Position numbers and translations under genes: made by a program | The notes under the pieces: model-generated | The model's database searches: none | Told to the model about the DNA's origin: nothing | The model's input: the letters and a program-made list of their open reading frames with translations, nothing else | Part shown: positions 44,701-53,700 of the stretch, piece by piece | How positions within the stretch are numbered: the stretch's first letter is position 1 | Layout: the number at the start of each line of letters is the position of its first letter | From: a virus | Lineage: Duplodnaviria; Caudoviricetes | Strand: one strand, 5' to 3' | Length of the DNA: 64,000 bases | Virus record (IMG/VR): IMGVR_UViG_3300032053_000067 | Coordinates: 1,085 to 65,084 of that record

Positions 44701-47333
44701 GCTCGAGGCGCATAGAGACAGTTGACGGCCAGTCGGTGTGGGTACAACTGTACATAGACGAAGCCGCGTATGGTGAGCCGCTCGAATGGAGGTCAGGGTA
44801 TGAAAAATACTTCGCAGACTGGCCTGGTGTACTTGAGGGGCGTCAAATTGAGTTCCGGTTCTTCGAGTCCGAAACCGGCAAAATCCCGGCAGATTATCGG
44901 GTGTTGGCGGTACATCTATACATACTCAAACCGGAGGCGGTATCCGATGTGGCGATTATCGGCGACTATCCTTATTTATGGAGGGAATTCACGTTTGCGC
45001 ACTCGGGCCGGTTCACAGCCGCCCAGGTGGTCCTGCGCGACGGCTACGAAGACTTGGATCTCATTCCTCGACTCCGGCTCCGGTGTGGTGCCGAAGAACA
45101 AGCGGTAACGCTTACCGGCGCTACCGCGTTTGCCTTGCCGTCGATGGCTGAAGGCGCTCAGTGGGACGTGTGTGTCGAGAACCCAGTGGGCGTCAAACAG
45201 GTGGTTTTATACGCCGAACAGACGGTTCCCGCGGGCGCGGGCATCGAAACCCATGCTAAACCGGGTGCTCCGGACTGGCTCAGAAGTCGGTACGAGTTCA
45301 AAGAGGCGACCGTACTGGCAGGCGTGCGCGTGGAGGCTTCTAGCTACCCGGTGACGTTAGAGGCGGAAACCGACGCCGGTACATTGTCCGTGGTGGTTAC
45401 GGCGGAAGCCTGGCAACCAACGGGGTGGACGGCGGCGATCAACCGCGCGGTGTTCCGGTTCAAAGACGGCGCCGGCGCGGCTGCGGATGGTTTTGTGCGA
45501 TGTTTGCGGCTGGTACCGCAGCAGGAAGTGCTGGTAGGCGCGGACGGGCTTGTCCACCTGACCGGCCTGCCGTTTTACTGGGGAATCCGGCTCCGGTTTG
45601 CCAACCCCGGAGCCTGGGCGGGCGTCAGCGTCGATGCAGAAGCCGAGGCCGACTTGAGCCTCGAAGTCTTGAGCGGGGCCGCCTACACCGCCGTGGCCAC
45701 CATCAGCGCCAATTCGCCGGACCTCGAGCGCGTGAAATCCGCTGGCGAAAGCCTCCAACACGCTTTGACGGACCCGACCTACTCGAGTCTGTGGATGCTG
45801 GACATCGAGTGCGCGGGGATCGTGCATGACGTGATCCTTGTGGCATGGCAACCGCAGGACACGGGGCCGGTTGTCGAGGTAAGTACGAGCCCTGGCATCC
45901 CGGCGTGGTACCGGACCCGGTACCGCCTGGACAAAGAGCGGGTGCCGCGGTCGGTTTGGGTTCGTGGGGAAGCGGATCTTGACCTGTATTGCGGAACGTC
46001 GAAAGAGACGATCTCGGCGGGCGAGACCGAACGCCGGATCTCGACGCGGCACGAATGCTCCGAACTAATCTTTGATTTTGAGACCATTGTGGAGTCGGCG
46101 GGGGCAATGGTGAGTTGCGAAGAACACGTGGTGGTGTCCGGGTCAGGCGAAGTGGCGTTGATGGCGGGCGAAGTCCGGGCGTGGCGAAACAAGGTTCTGC
46201 GGTTTGCCAACTCGGGCGCGTGGGCCGGTATCAGCGTCGATGCGGACGAATCAGTCACTGTGACGTTGGAAAAGGTCGATGGGACATATACGGCGAGAGC
46301 GAGCATTGCCGCGGAAGATTCGGTGTTTCACCGGCTCAAAAGCAACAGCGAGACTCTCGCCCACGCTTTGACCGACCCGACAAACGGAGACCTCTGGTAT
46401 CTCGATCTAATTTGCACCGGAACTATCCATAGCGTGATCTTCGTTGCGTGGCAGTCGCAAGACGTTGGCGAGGTGGTGCAGGTGTCCAACAGCCCCGGTA
46501 TCCCCGACTGGTACCGGACCCGGTATCGTTTCCAGAAGCTGAACGTGCCGCGGTCCATCATCGTGTCCGGCAGTAGCGATCTGGATCTCTATATGGATAC
46601 CGTCAAAGACACCGTGCCGCACGACGACGATGAACAGCGGTTTGACACACGCCGGCAATGTTCTGTGCTTGTCTTCGACTTCGAGGACCCTGTGGACACG
46701 GACGGGGCTACGGTGTTTTGCGAAGAACACGTGCCGGTGAAATCCACGGGTCTGGTCTTGCGGCAGGCGGACGGCGTCCCGGCCTGGCGGAACAAGGTAT
46801 TCAGTTTCAACGAGCCCGGCGCGTTTTCCGTGGTGCGCGCGCGCCACTGCGCGACGGTGCGGTTCCGGCCGTTCGGGGGTTCGGCCTGGACGTCGGTAGC
46901 GATAGACACCACGGATTACACGGTGGTCTTGCCTATATTGACGGCGGCGCGAGAATGGGAAGTGGACTTTATCGCGGTCAGCGGTGAACGGGTATCCGAA
47001 GTTTTGCTGTTCACGCGGGCCGAAACGGTGCTCGAAGACGGGGTAGCCCGGTGGACGCGGGAAGGCGACGTCTACACGTGGTTGGACAAACGGGTGATCG
47101 TCCCGCGGGGCGTGGGGTTGACCTGCGCCCGCGTGGTAGCTACCGGCACCGTGACCATATGGATGCGGGATAAAGAGCGGAATTCGCTTTACACGACGAC
47201 CGTACTGGCGGGGACAAACGGCTTCCGCCTGCCCCGGCTGGACTGGCAGAGAGAGTTCGTGTTTGACTTGGCGGCGGCGGAATCGGTCGAGATCGAGGCG
47301 TTCAGCGTAGCGACAGGATTTGCAAGATTATGA
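41754..47333 (+). CDS. Large tail protein (tail tubular/stabilisation-like N-terminus plus repeated C-terminal modules), 1859 aa
   Basis: IDKFLGMIPKLHPAQLP...N...SGALVP N-terminus typical of podovirus tail hub proteins; repeated ~200-aa beta modules. Confidence 0.75.
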   Translation: MPIRIDKFLGMIPKLHPAQLPDGASVVCHNFVPSSGALVPFSATGPFTVLHDEAGLLLPGIPATEVVTIAKPVAPTLKSKAWQCRPGPGNWLNITLATFLSVVDAAGGRATYVWHALPMVYRYHYTERGMNLFCYAGVPGPLIMPLGGPYYFRGPRFMFSFGAKPGVYGGPATAEDVPGYVLPGSPVYSRNAIPLINAAQNVYGEFQVVDYSGPVWDEDFMVSDYETYTYWFAPFYCSFRIDLNYAEPRRTHNYYVTAEVDDQDREGPPSEISPLIVVRPGEIPTVHTPHTARRVRLYRSETGRDVDFRLIEEGTFVEYEDPPTPAQDDEIPPFGDWAATGAPSVVELLRGSVAHPAGFLACFYGDTVWLSDLLRLHVLPEENTHKFQEPVLALAMAGDTILVFTETTETDGITQQGGVYAISGNDPSQMACYKISGSTPLLNVVGLAQVGNMVYWPTYDGLAVSNGSTVEIPTSNYWLRKDWIALQPELMMLESEHDCLYLNASFTPAALPPSGPGYHGIHIKWETLMLPTFLGAEAPGSGLRLRIDLKDELAAVTTFSGYDGGGGIWRSRLFEFPVETAFDFIRVGSSSVVTVVATIDGVDQAGVDVPDDDKVAVTWPHGRYYQFTFRGTGTITSFEAEDRVIAAGQDVLVFTPETVSSFRNVRFRYSEPQTIAAIALTCQSAAAVTLSMYEGAEVDPFYTLTGIFDRIVPIPLASRVRATDFRIEVDTEVRIEQLVVAREVSMPAGEVIQEANAGLVSSWLTKVYTFVQGAQTRSVRVSATEPVTMRLYYDDATTPSEELEIGDAWEHRVVSASFTRLRYCFVDDDDLPADHLAGSVVVATSVPTEAPAEGVHLLGAPAYRGQVYRFHERGRYSAIQVTADAYPLWLDIYEWADREDPAYTVVISDDKTVALPWDVSETPTLWEFDLRSTKTGLETRVHGMHLYPKTGVQSADDIHVGNSGGGAPWLWARYEFERATRFCSRRIETVDGQSVWVQLYIDEAAYGEPLEWRSGYEKYFADWPGVLEGRQIEFRFFESETGKIPADYRVLAVHLYILKPEAVSDVAIIGDYPYLWREFTFAHSGRFTAAQVVLRDGYEDLDLIPRLRLRCGAEEQAVTLTGATAFALPSMAEGAQWDVCVENPVGVKQVVLYAEQTVPAGAGIETHAKPGAPDWLRSRYEFKEATVLAGVRVEASSYPVTLEAETDAGTLSVVVTAEAWQPTGWTAAINRAVFRFKDGAGAAADGFVRCLRLVPQQEVLVGADGLVHLTGLPFYWGIRLRFANPGAWAGVSVDAEAEADLSLEVLSGAAYTAVATISANSPDLERVKSAGESLQHALTDPTYSSLWMLDIECAGIVHDVILVAWQPQDTGPVVEVSTSPGIPAWYRTRYRLDKERVPRSVWVRGEADLDLYCGTSKETISAGETERRISTRHECSELIFDFETIVESAGAMVSCEEHVVVSGSGEVALMAGEVRAWRNKVLRFANSGAWAGISVDADESVTVTLEKVDGTYTARASIAAEDSVFHRLKSNSETLAHALTDPTNGDLWYLDLICTGTIHSVIFVAWQSQDVGEVVQVSNSPGIPDWYRTRYRFQKLNVPRSIIVSGSSDLDLYMDTVKDTVPHDDDEQRFDTRRQCSVLVFDFEDPVDTDGATVFCEEHVPVKSTGLVLRQADGVPAWRNKVFSFNEPGAFSVVRARHCATVRFRPFGGSAWTSVAIDTTDYTVVLPILTAAREWEVDFIAVSGERVSEVLLFTRAETVLEDGVARWTREGDVYTWLDKRVIVPRGVGLTCARVVATGTVTIWMRDKERNSLYTTTVLAGTNGFRLPRLDWQREFVFDLAAAESVEIEAFSVATGFARL

Positions 47334-48064
47334 AACCGCGAAAACGGAAACCGTTGCGTGCGCCCGCGGTCGGGATGCGGGGGGCGCAGTCTGTGGAAGA
47401 CCCGGCTTTGCGAGCTATGCTCGGCCAGATCCAAGCGAACCTCTACGCCGTAACCGGGCGGCTGGAGGCGGTCGAGGCAGACGTGACGGAGGGGCAAGCG
47501 CAGATCGAACAGGTAGACACCGACGTACAGGGACCCCTTGAAACCGCGGCGGCGGCAGAGACCGGCGGGGCTGGCACGTTTGGGACCGACATACAAAGCG
47601 TGTCGGATGAAAACTTACCGGGCGACTCGGGACTGGCGTGCCAGTCAAACCATGAGCATCGGGGAGTTCCTATTTTCACGGCAACAACCGAAGAAGGACT
47701 TGAGTCAGAGGATGTTCCCGCCACATCCATTGGGCGCGTCATTGGAAGTGGCGACGACAACGGCAATGTCTACATACGAAATCCCGAGAATGACGGGTGG
47801 GTGCAACTACCCTTGTCCTTTTCGTTTGGCGATGACATTGAATCGGTGTCGAACGTGAATGACGCCGGCGATTCTGGCTTATTGTGTTATTCAAACCATA
47901 TTCACCAGGCGATTTATACGGCAACCACGTGGGGAGGGTTGTCGAACACGGATATACCGGCGACGGCGTTCGCTCGGGTAGTTGGCGGGGGCTCGGACAA
48001 CGGGCGGATGTACGTGCGAAACGCCGCAAACACGGCCTGGGAAAGTTTCAACTATTTAGCGTAA
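47330..48064 (+). CDS. Putative tail fibre protein with duplicated domain
   Basis: Coiled coil, then two ~78-aa repeats FG.DI.SVS..N..GDSGL.C.SNH.H. Confidence 0.65.
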   Translation: MKPRKRKPLRAPAVGMRGAQSVEDPALRAMLGQIQANLYAVTGRLEAVEADVTEGQAQIEQVDTDVQGPLETAAAAETGGAGTFGTDIQSVSDENLPGDSGLACQSNHEHRGVPIFTATTEEGLESEDVPATSIGRVIGSGDDNGNVYIRNPENDGWVQLPLSFSFGDDIESVSNVNDAGDSGLLCYSNHIHQAIYTATTWGGLSNTDIPATAFARVVGGGSDNGRMYVRNAANTAWESFNYLA

Positions 48065-48073
48065 GGAAACGAG

Positions 48074-48976
48074 ATGGGTTGGTCTAATTATGGAAATGGT
48101 GCAGGAAACTGCAAGAGTGATGCGAGCGGGACGGTATTTTTTCAGGATCTCGCGGCTATCTTACACGAACTGACGGGGGCCGCAAGTGAGCGGATGGACC
48201 TGCTCAGTGATGCCTCCACGCCATTCACTACAGCGGCTGGGGGATCTGTTGCCGCGTTGAGCCTTGCTAACATCGAAGGCATGAGCAGGGCGCAAATAAA
48301 GACGAACATGACGGCATTGAAAACGATGATTACAAGCTTGATCAATACGGCGCGTATGTTTTCATCTCCCTACTGTCATTTTGTCGGGCCCGACTTGGCA
48401 TTAAGTGGCATATCGGGACTGCTCGGACAAGGCAGTTATGGAACAAACTGGCTCGCTTCTGCAAATATTATATTATCGGGGGACGCATGGAATCAGATTC
48501 GGGAATGCTTTGACAATCTGACCAAAATAAGGTGGAAAGCTACAGTATCGTTTGGTGAATGGACCTCATTATCTAGCTTTTATTGGGAGGAACTTGACGA
48601 AACCCCCTATGGGCTTGACTTGTCTGGCGCAACCTATATGCTTAATGTCTCGCGCACCGCTCCGGTCGAGCCATATTGGCATCAATATTGGTGGAACGCA
48701 CGAGATGTTATAGCGTCACCGGACTCGTACCAAGGAACACCTATCAAGATGACTTCGACGGTGTTGGTGGAATACGTAAACTACATTGAGAATACCGTAG
48801 TATTAAGCATTGGCGCGGTTGGTTTAGTCAGTGAAATGACGGGTGATGCCTTGACCATTTCAACTTCGCCCGGCAGTGATCCTTTTGTGACTTGGGGTGC
48901 TTTTCTAGAAGTCACGCCGTTGCTTTCGGTGCTTTACTCGGATGTTTCGGGGCTCCTTACATATAAGGGCGACTAA
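48074..48976 (+). CDS. Hypothetical tail-associated protein
   Basis: 300 aa, AT-richer, TAAGGA SD. Confidence 0.65.
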   Translation: MGWSNYGNGAGNCKSDASGTVFFQDLAAILHELTGAASERMDLLSDASTPFTTAAGGSVAALSLANIEGMSRAQIKTNMTALKTMITSLINTARMFSSPYCHFVGPDLALSGISGLLGQGSYGTNWLASANIILSGDAWNQIRECFDNLTKIRWKATVSFGEWTSLSSFYWEELDETPYGLDLSGATYMLNVSRTAPVEPYWHQYWWNARDVIASPDSYQGTPIKMTSTVLVEYVNYIENTVVLSIGAVGLVSEMTGDALTISTSPGSDPFVTWGAFLEVTPLLSVLYSDVSGLLTYKGD

Positions 48977-49023
48977 GATGATTGCGCAGCCACGAGTTAG
49001 GGCGTTTTAGGAGGGATTGACCA

Positions 49024-50700
49024 ATGGCAGACTTGATGTATGGACGTAGGAACCGGGGGTTACGCCGCCGCGAGGAGTATGAGGAAGCGGGCCAGCAGGC
49101 GACCGGGCTGAACGCGATGGCGGGCGTGACGCGCGAGCGAGCGCCAGCCGAGCAGTTGGGGTCTGTCATGGACACGCGGCAGATGTTGCAGAACCTCGAA
49201 GCGGACACGTTCGACGCGCGGGCTGTGGAAGCCGAGCGGGCGATGAAGAACATCCGGGATATGGGTGGCCGGATGGCTGCTCAAGCCGTCATGGGTGGCG
49301 GCGGGGACACCGGCGGCAACCTTGCGGACATCGCTGCGTTCCAGACGCAAAACACCCGGGCGATTGGCATGGGGGCGATGCAGCAGTTTCGGCCGCAGAC
49401 CATGGCGAACTTCCGGCGCCGGTCGGCGTTAGGCAACATAATGGACGCGGCGGATATCAGGAACGCCGACCAGATCCGGGAGTGGGCGGGTATGGCGTTG
49501 AACATGGAACGGGAGGATCGCGCCGTCCAGCGGGACGCTATGAAATGGGATTACGAGATGGGCCGGGACGCCCGGCGCGACGCCATGGACGAGCGGAAGT
49601 TTGGGTTGGACGTAATGAACACCAAAGGGGCCATGCAAGACCGTACCGACCGGCTGGGGCTGTCGGAGCGGCAACTGGCGGGCCGGGAAGAGTATCAAGA
49701 CGCAATGGCCAAGTCGAAACGGAAGGCGGGCAAACTGGCGCTGAAGGGTAAGCAGGCCGATCTTGAGCAAAAGAAGAACGCGGAGATCGTCAAGGCATAT
49801 CCCGGCGCGAGTCCGGAAGCGCGAGCCCGCGCCATGCAGGGCGATTACAGCTTGTTGCAGAAGGAGTATGACGAAGGCGAGGGAGACGCCATGGCCCCGC
49901 GGCCACGCATTACGCAACGCCAGACGGCAGCGACGACCAAGGCGGCGAAAGAGTTAAAGTCGTCCCAGGTGGCGTTCCACATGAAACGTGAGGGGTTCGA
50001 TACCTTCGATATGGACCCCAACGTACAAGCCGAGTTGACTACGGCGTACAACGAGCTTTTGAAAGAGAACAAGGGCAACCACGCGGCGGCTGCGCGTGCC
50101 GCCATGCAGTTTGTGGCTCCGGAGAAGGTGTTCGACGCAGACGCAAGCAGGCTGGGAGCAAACCCCAAGGTGTTCAACCACCTCCGGGACACGCAGCAAT
50201 GGCAACAGATCCGCCAAGCCCACATGGTCGGCATGGAGGTGTTGTCGCAGGAAGTGACCGGAGGGGTGTTGACCCAGGACGAGGCGGTAGCGATCTCGAT
50301 GCAGAAAGCAACATCGCAGTACGGGCCGGGCCTCTTTGGATCGACGTTCCAGCAAGGGCCGGATTTGGTGAAGCAGGGGATGGCGAAGTTGGCGGCGGCG
50401 GATGCGGCCGAGACGAACACCGGGGGGGCAATGGCTGCTTCCAGCGAGCGCGAAGAGGCTCTACGGTCCCGCCGTGGTAAGCGCGGCGGGAAGAAGGCCA
50501 AACGCCAGCAACGGGAAGCCCCGGCCCCGGCGGAACCCAAGAGCGCAGTTATGGCCGACTGGTTCAACGGCGGGCGTCCGCAACGTCGGCCACGCGGCAA
50601 CTACGCGCCTGACGGAACCAGACGCCCGGATGTTCCGCGGCGTATGCCAGGCGTGTATGTAGACGGCGTGAGGTGGGAACCTCGCTGGTCGCGGCAGTAG
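49024..50700 (+). CDS. Putative internal virion (ejection) protein
   Basis: Helical, rich in M/Q/A/R/G; precedes the giant internal protein as in podoviruses. Confidence 0.68.
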   Translation: MADLMYGRRNRGLRRREEYEEAGQQATGLNAMAGVTRERAPAEQLGSVMDTRQMLQNLEADTFDARAVEAERAMKNIRDMGGRMAAQAVMGGGGDTGGNLADIAAFQTQNTRAIGMGAMQQFRPQTMANFRRRSALGNIMDAADIRNADQIREWAGMALNMEREDRAVQRDAMKWDYEMGRDARRDAMDERKFGLDVMNTKGAMQDRTDRLGLSERQLAGREEYQDAMAKSKRKAGKLALKGKQADLEQKKNAEIVKAYPGASPEARARAMQGDYSLLQKEYDEGEGDAMAPRPRITQRQTAATTKAAKELKSSQVAFHMKREGFDTFDMDPNVQAELTTAYNELLKENKGNHAAAARAAMQFVAPEKVFDADASRLGANPKVFNHLRDTQQWQQIRQAHMVGMEVLSQEVTGGVLTQDEAVAISMQKATSQYGPGLFGSTFQQGPDLVKQGMAKLAAADAAETNTGGAMAASSEREEALRSRRGKRGGKKAKRQQREAPAPAEPKSAVMADWFNGGRPQRRPRGNYAPDGTRRPDVPRRMPGVYVDGVRWEPRWSRQ

Positions 50701-50710
50701 AAAGGCACTG

Positions 50711-53700
50711 ATGGGACGATATCGGGATTTGATTGACCAGTTTGCGCCGGGTGGTGCGGCTACCGGATTGCCTGAAGGCGAGCCGGAAGACGTCATGGCC
50801 CCCCCCGCCCGCAGCCGGAGCGCCGCCTTGCTGGAAGTTTTCGACCCTGATAAGGCAACTGAGACGCTGACAGTGGCCATACCAGAACCGTCCGCCATGA
50901 CGGCACCGGTCCACAAACGGGCGGACTGGCGGGAAGGCTTCCACGGGGATCTGATGCGCAAAGGCGTACTGTCCGAAGAACAGGCAAAAAAAGGCGCTGA
51001 ACGGTACGAGGCGTGGACACGGCAACCCGAGGAGATCGGATATGCAGCCAGCCCCGGGGAGGGCGGCTTGGTAACGGCAGCCCGCTGGCTAAAGACGTAT
51101 CCTGGCAAGTTCCTTGGAAAAATCCAGTTGGACCGCGCCCGGAACATGACATTTGAGACGGTCCCCCAGTTGGACGTGATGGGCGACCGCGAAGTTGAAG
51201 ACAACCTGACCCGCATGATGGGTGTCGCGCCAGACCAAGAGTGGGAAAAAGAGATTACGTCAAAACTGCCAGAGTCTTGGGACTGGAAGAAAAAGCATAT
51301 GTTCGCCCAAGCAAATTGGATGACAAAAACGGCAGACGAGTACGCACAGTGGCGAGCCGGTCCGGAAGGTCCGAGTACAGCTACAAAAGCGCTTATTGGC
51401 GTTGCTCAGAATGCGCCGTTGATGCTGGAGATCGCCGCAGGCGGATTAGCGAAAAAAGCGGTGACCGGGACGGGTAAGTTGGTCGGGAAAGGTTTAGCAA
51501 AACGCGCGACGCGCGGCCTTATCCACGGCTCGGTATATTCGGCAATCGAAGGCCCGCGCCAGTTTGCGGACGTGCGGGCAAACAAGACAGAACTGGGGCC
51601 GGACGGGATAACGCGGATGGTGGAGCCGGGCGCGGGTGTCGGTGAGTCGCTACTCAAAGCAGGCATTTATGGCGTGTTGGAACCAGCTGTCGAGATCGCG
51701 GGCGGCGAGATGTTTGTCAAAAACGCCCTAAAACCGCTAGGAAAATATGCAGCGGTCAAAGGCCCCGGCTGGTTGGTAAACAAGGTGGCGCCGAGTCTTG
51801 CGCAGAGGGGCAAAGAGGCATTGGCAGGAATCGGCCTTGCGGTCTCAGATAAAGCGGGCTGGATGGCCCCGGCTGTACGCCAGTTCAACGAGATTACCGG
51901 GTTTCAAGGGATGGGGGTAGAAATCACGGAAGAGGCGTTGCAGGCGTTTTACGACGCGGTAGGCAACATCTCGAACAGTTACGACAAAGCCGGGTTGCAG
52001 AACGTCCCCGAGGCGGCGCAGGCGTTCAAAGACCAGTTTATCGAGATGGCGGGCACCTTGGCGCTGATGCGCGGGGGCGAGTACGGGATCAGCGCACCCG
52101 CCTACCTGAAGACGCGAGCCACTGTGGCGAAAAGCCTCGAGGGGTTCCGCGACATGGGGTACGACGTGCCGGACGCGGGTGTCGTGAAACGGTTGCCAAT
52201 GGACGACAAGATCGACATGCTCAACAACTTCCGGGACATCCACGGACTCCGATACTTCGGCAAAGAGGGGATTGGCTGGCACGACATACCGGCGGAAGAG
52301 ATGGCGGAGATGGACCCGCAGGAACGGGAATTGAAGTTGATGGAGATGAAAGCCGAGTGGTACAAAGGCCGGCTGCAACAGTTGGGGATGCAGCCAGATG
52401 AGGTCGAACAAGCGTTCCAGACCAAGACGGAACCTGAGTTGCAGGCGATGGTGACGGAACGCACGGTGGATGACCAGGTACGCCAGCTGGGTGTCGACCC
52501 GACCGGGTTTAAGCCGCGCGAGAAACGGGAGATGGTTGAGGCGGCATGGCGTCAGCAACTCGATGCCACCTTGGCGCCGTATGTGGACGAAACCGCGTTG
52601 CAGACAATGACGGAAGAGGAGAAGATGAACGCGGTGGCCGGCTCGATGGGCGCAGTTGCCAGCATCGGGCCGAAGCCGCAGGGCGAGTTCGAGGCGCCGT
52701 GGGCGGGCGGGGAAGACGCGATGGCGCCACCGGCAAGGCCGGGTGGAGTTGTAGGGCAAACTATACCGACAGAACAGCAAACGGTTGTGCCAATCGAGCG
52801 GGCCAATGCCCCCGTACAGCCTGTGGTTACGCCTACTGCGCCCACCGTTTTTGAACAGGGGACAGTCGCCCCTACAGCCGCACCTGTTGCGGGCGGGTTC
52901 AGCGATGAGGTGTCAGACACGTTGCGGGCGATCCCCCAAGGCGACCCGATCCATATGTCGGAGTTGGGGAAAGGCGCGAAACCCGCCGTCGAGGAATTGG
53001 AACGTCTGGGGTTGGTGGCCCGTGAAGCCACGGCCAAGGGGCGCCCGAAAGCTTTTGTCCGGCTGACGGAAGCCGGCGTGGCGGCGCAGGCAGAGGAAGT
53101 TGCGAGGAAGAAAGCCGGCCGCGTTGCACCCGTCGCACCGCCTACGCTGCCCCAGGAGACGCCAGCGGTTCCAGCGGGCAAAACCCCGACCCGGCCCGAG
53201 ATCGTTCAGCCCGCGCCAGCGGCGGCAGCACCTGCCCCCACAGCGCAGGCCAAGCCAAGAGTAACGCTCGCAAATGGAAACGTCGTAGACGTTCAGGCAG
53301 ACGACCCCGTTGTCAAGGCGGGCGTATTTGATTGGTATGCTGACGATTCGCCGCCGCACCTAGGGGGTGGCATTGCGCTTCCAAAAGGACACCCCGTACC
53401 TGAATTTAAATCTTACGATGATGCACAGTCGGCCATTGACGATTACACTGACATTCTGTCAAACAAGTACGGCGAAGACGCGGCAGTGCAGGCTCCGGTG
53501 TCCGTCGGAACGGGCGGATTTGCCGATCTGCCAGCGACACCTACGCCATTATCGTTGCCTGAAATAAGCAAACTCCGAAGCCTTTATGTTGCCAGAGACG
53601 CCATTGACGCCAGAGAAACAAAGGCGACGTTCCACAGTGTGTTATCTGATGTTGGCAGTTTTGAACCTCTTTCAGAAAAAGAGGTTAGAAAGGAACTGGC

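Noticed and set aside
45590-48064. Possible diversity-generating retroelement TR/VR pair
   Set aside because: Repeats are in-frame protein duplications with differences at all bases, not adenine-specific; no reverse transcriptase seen in the window.
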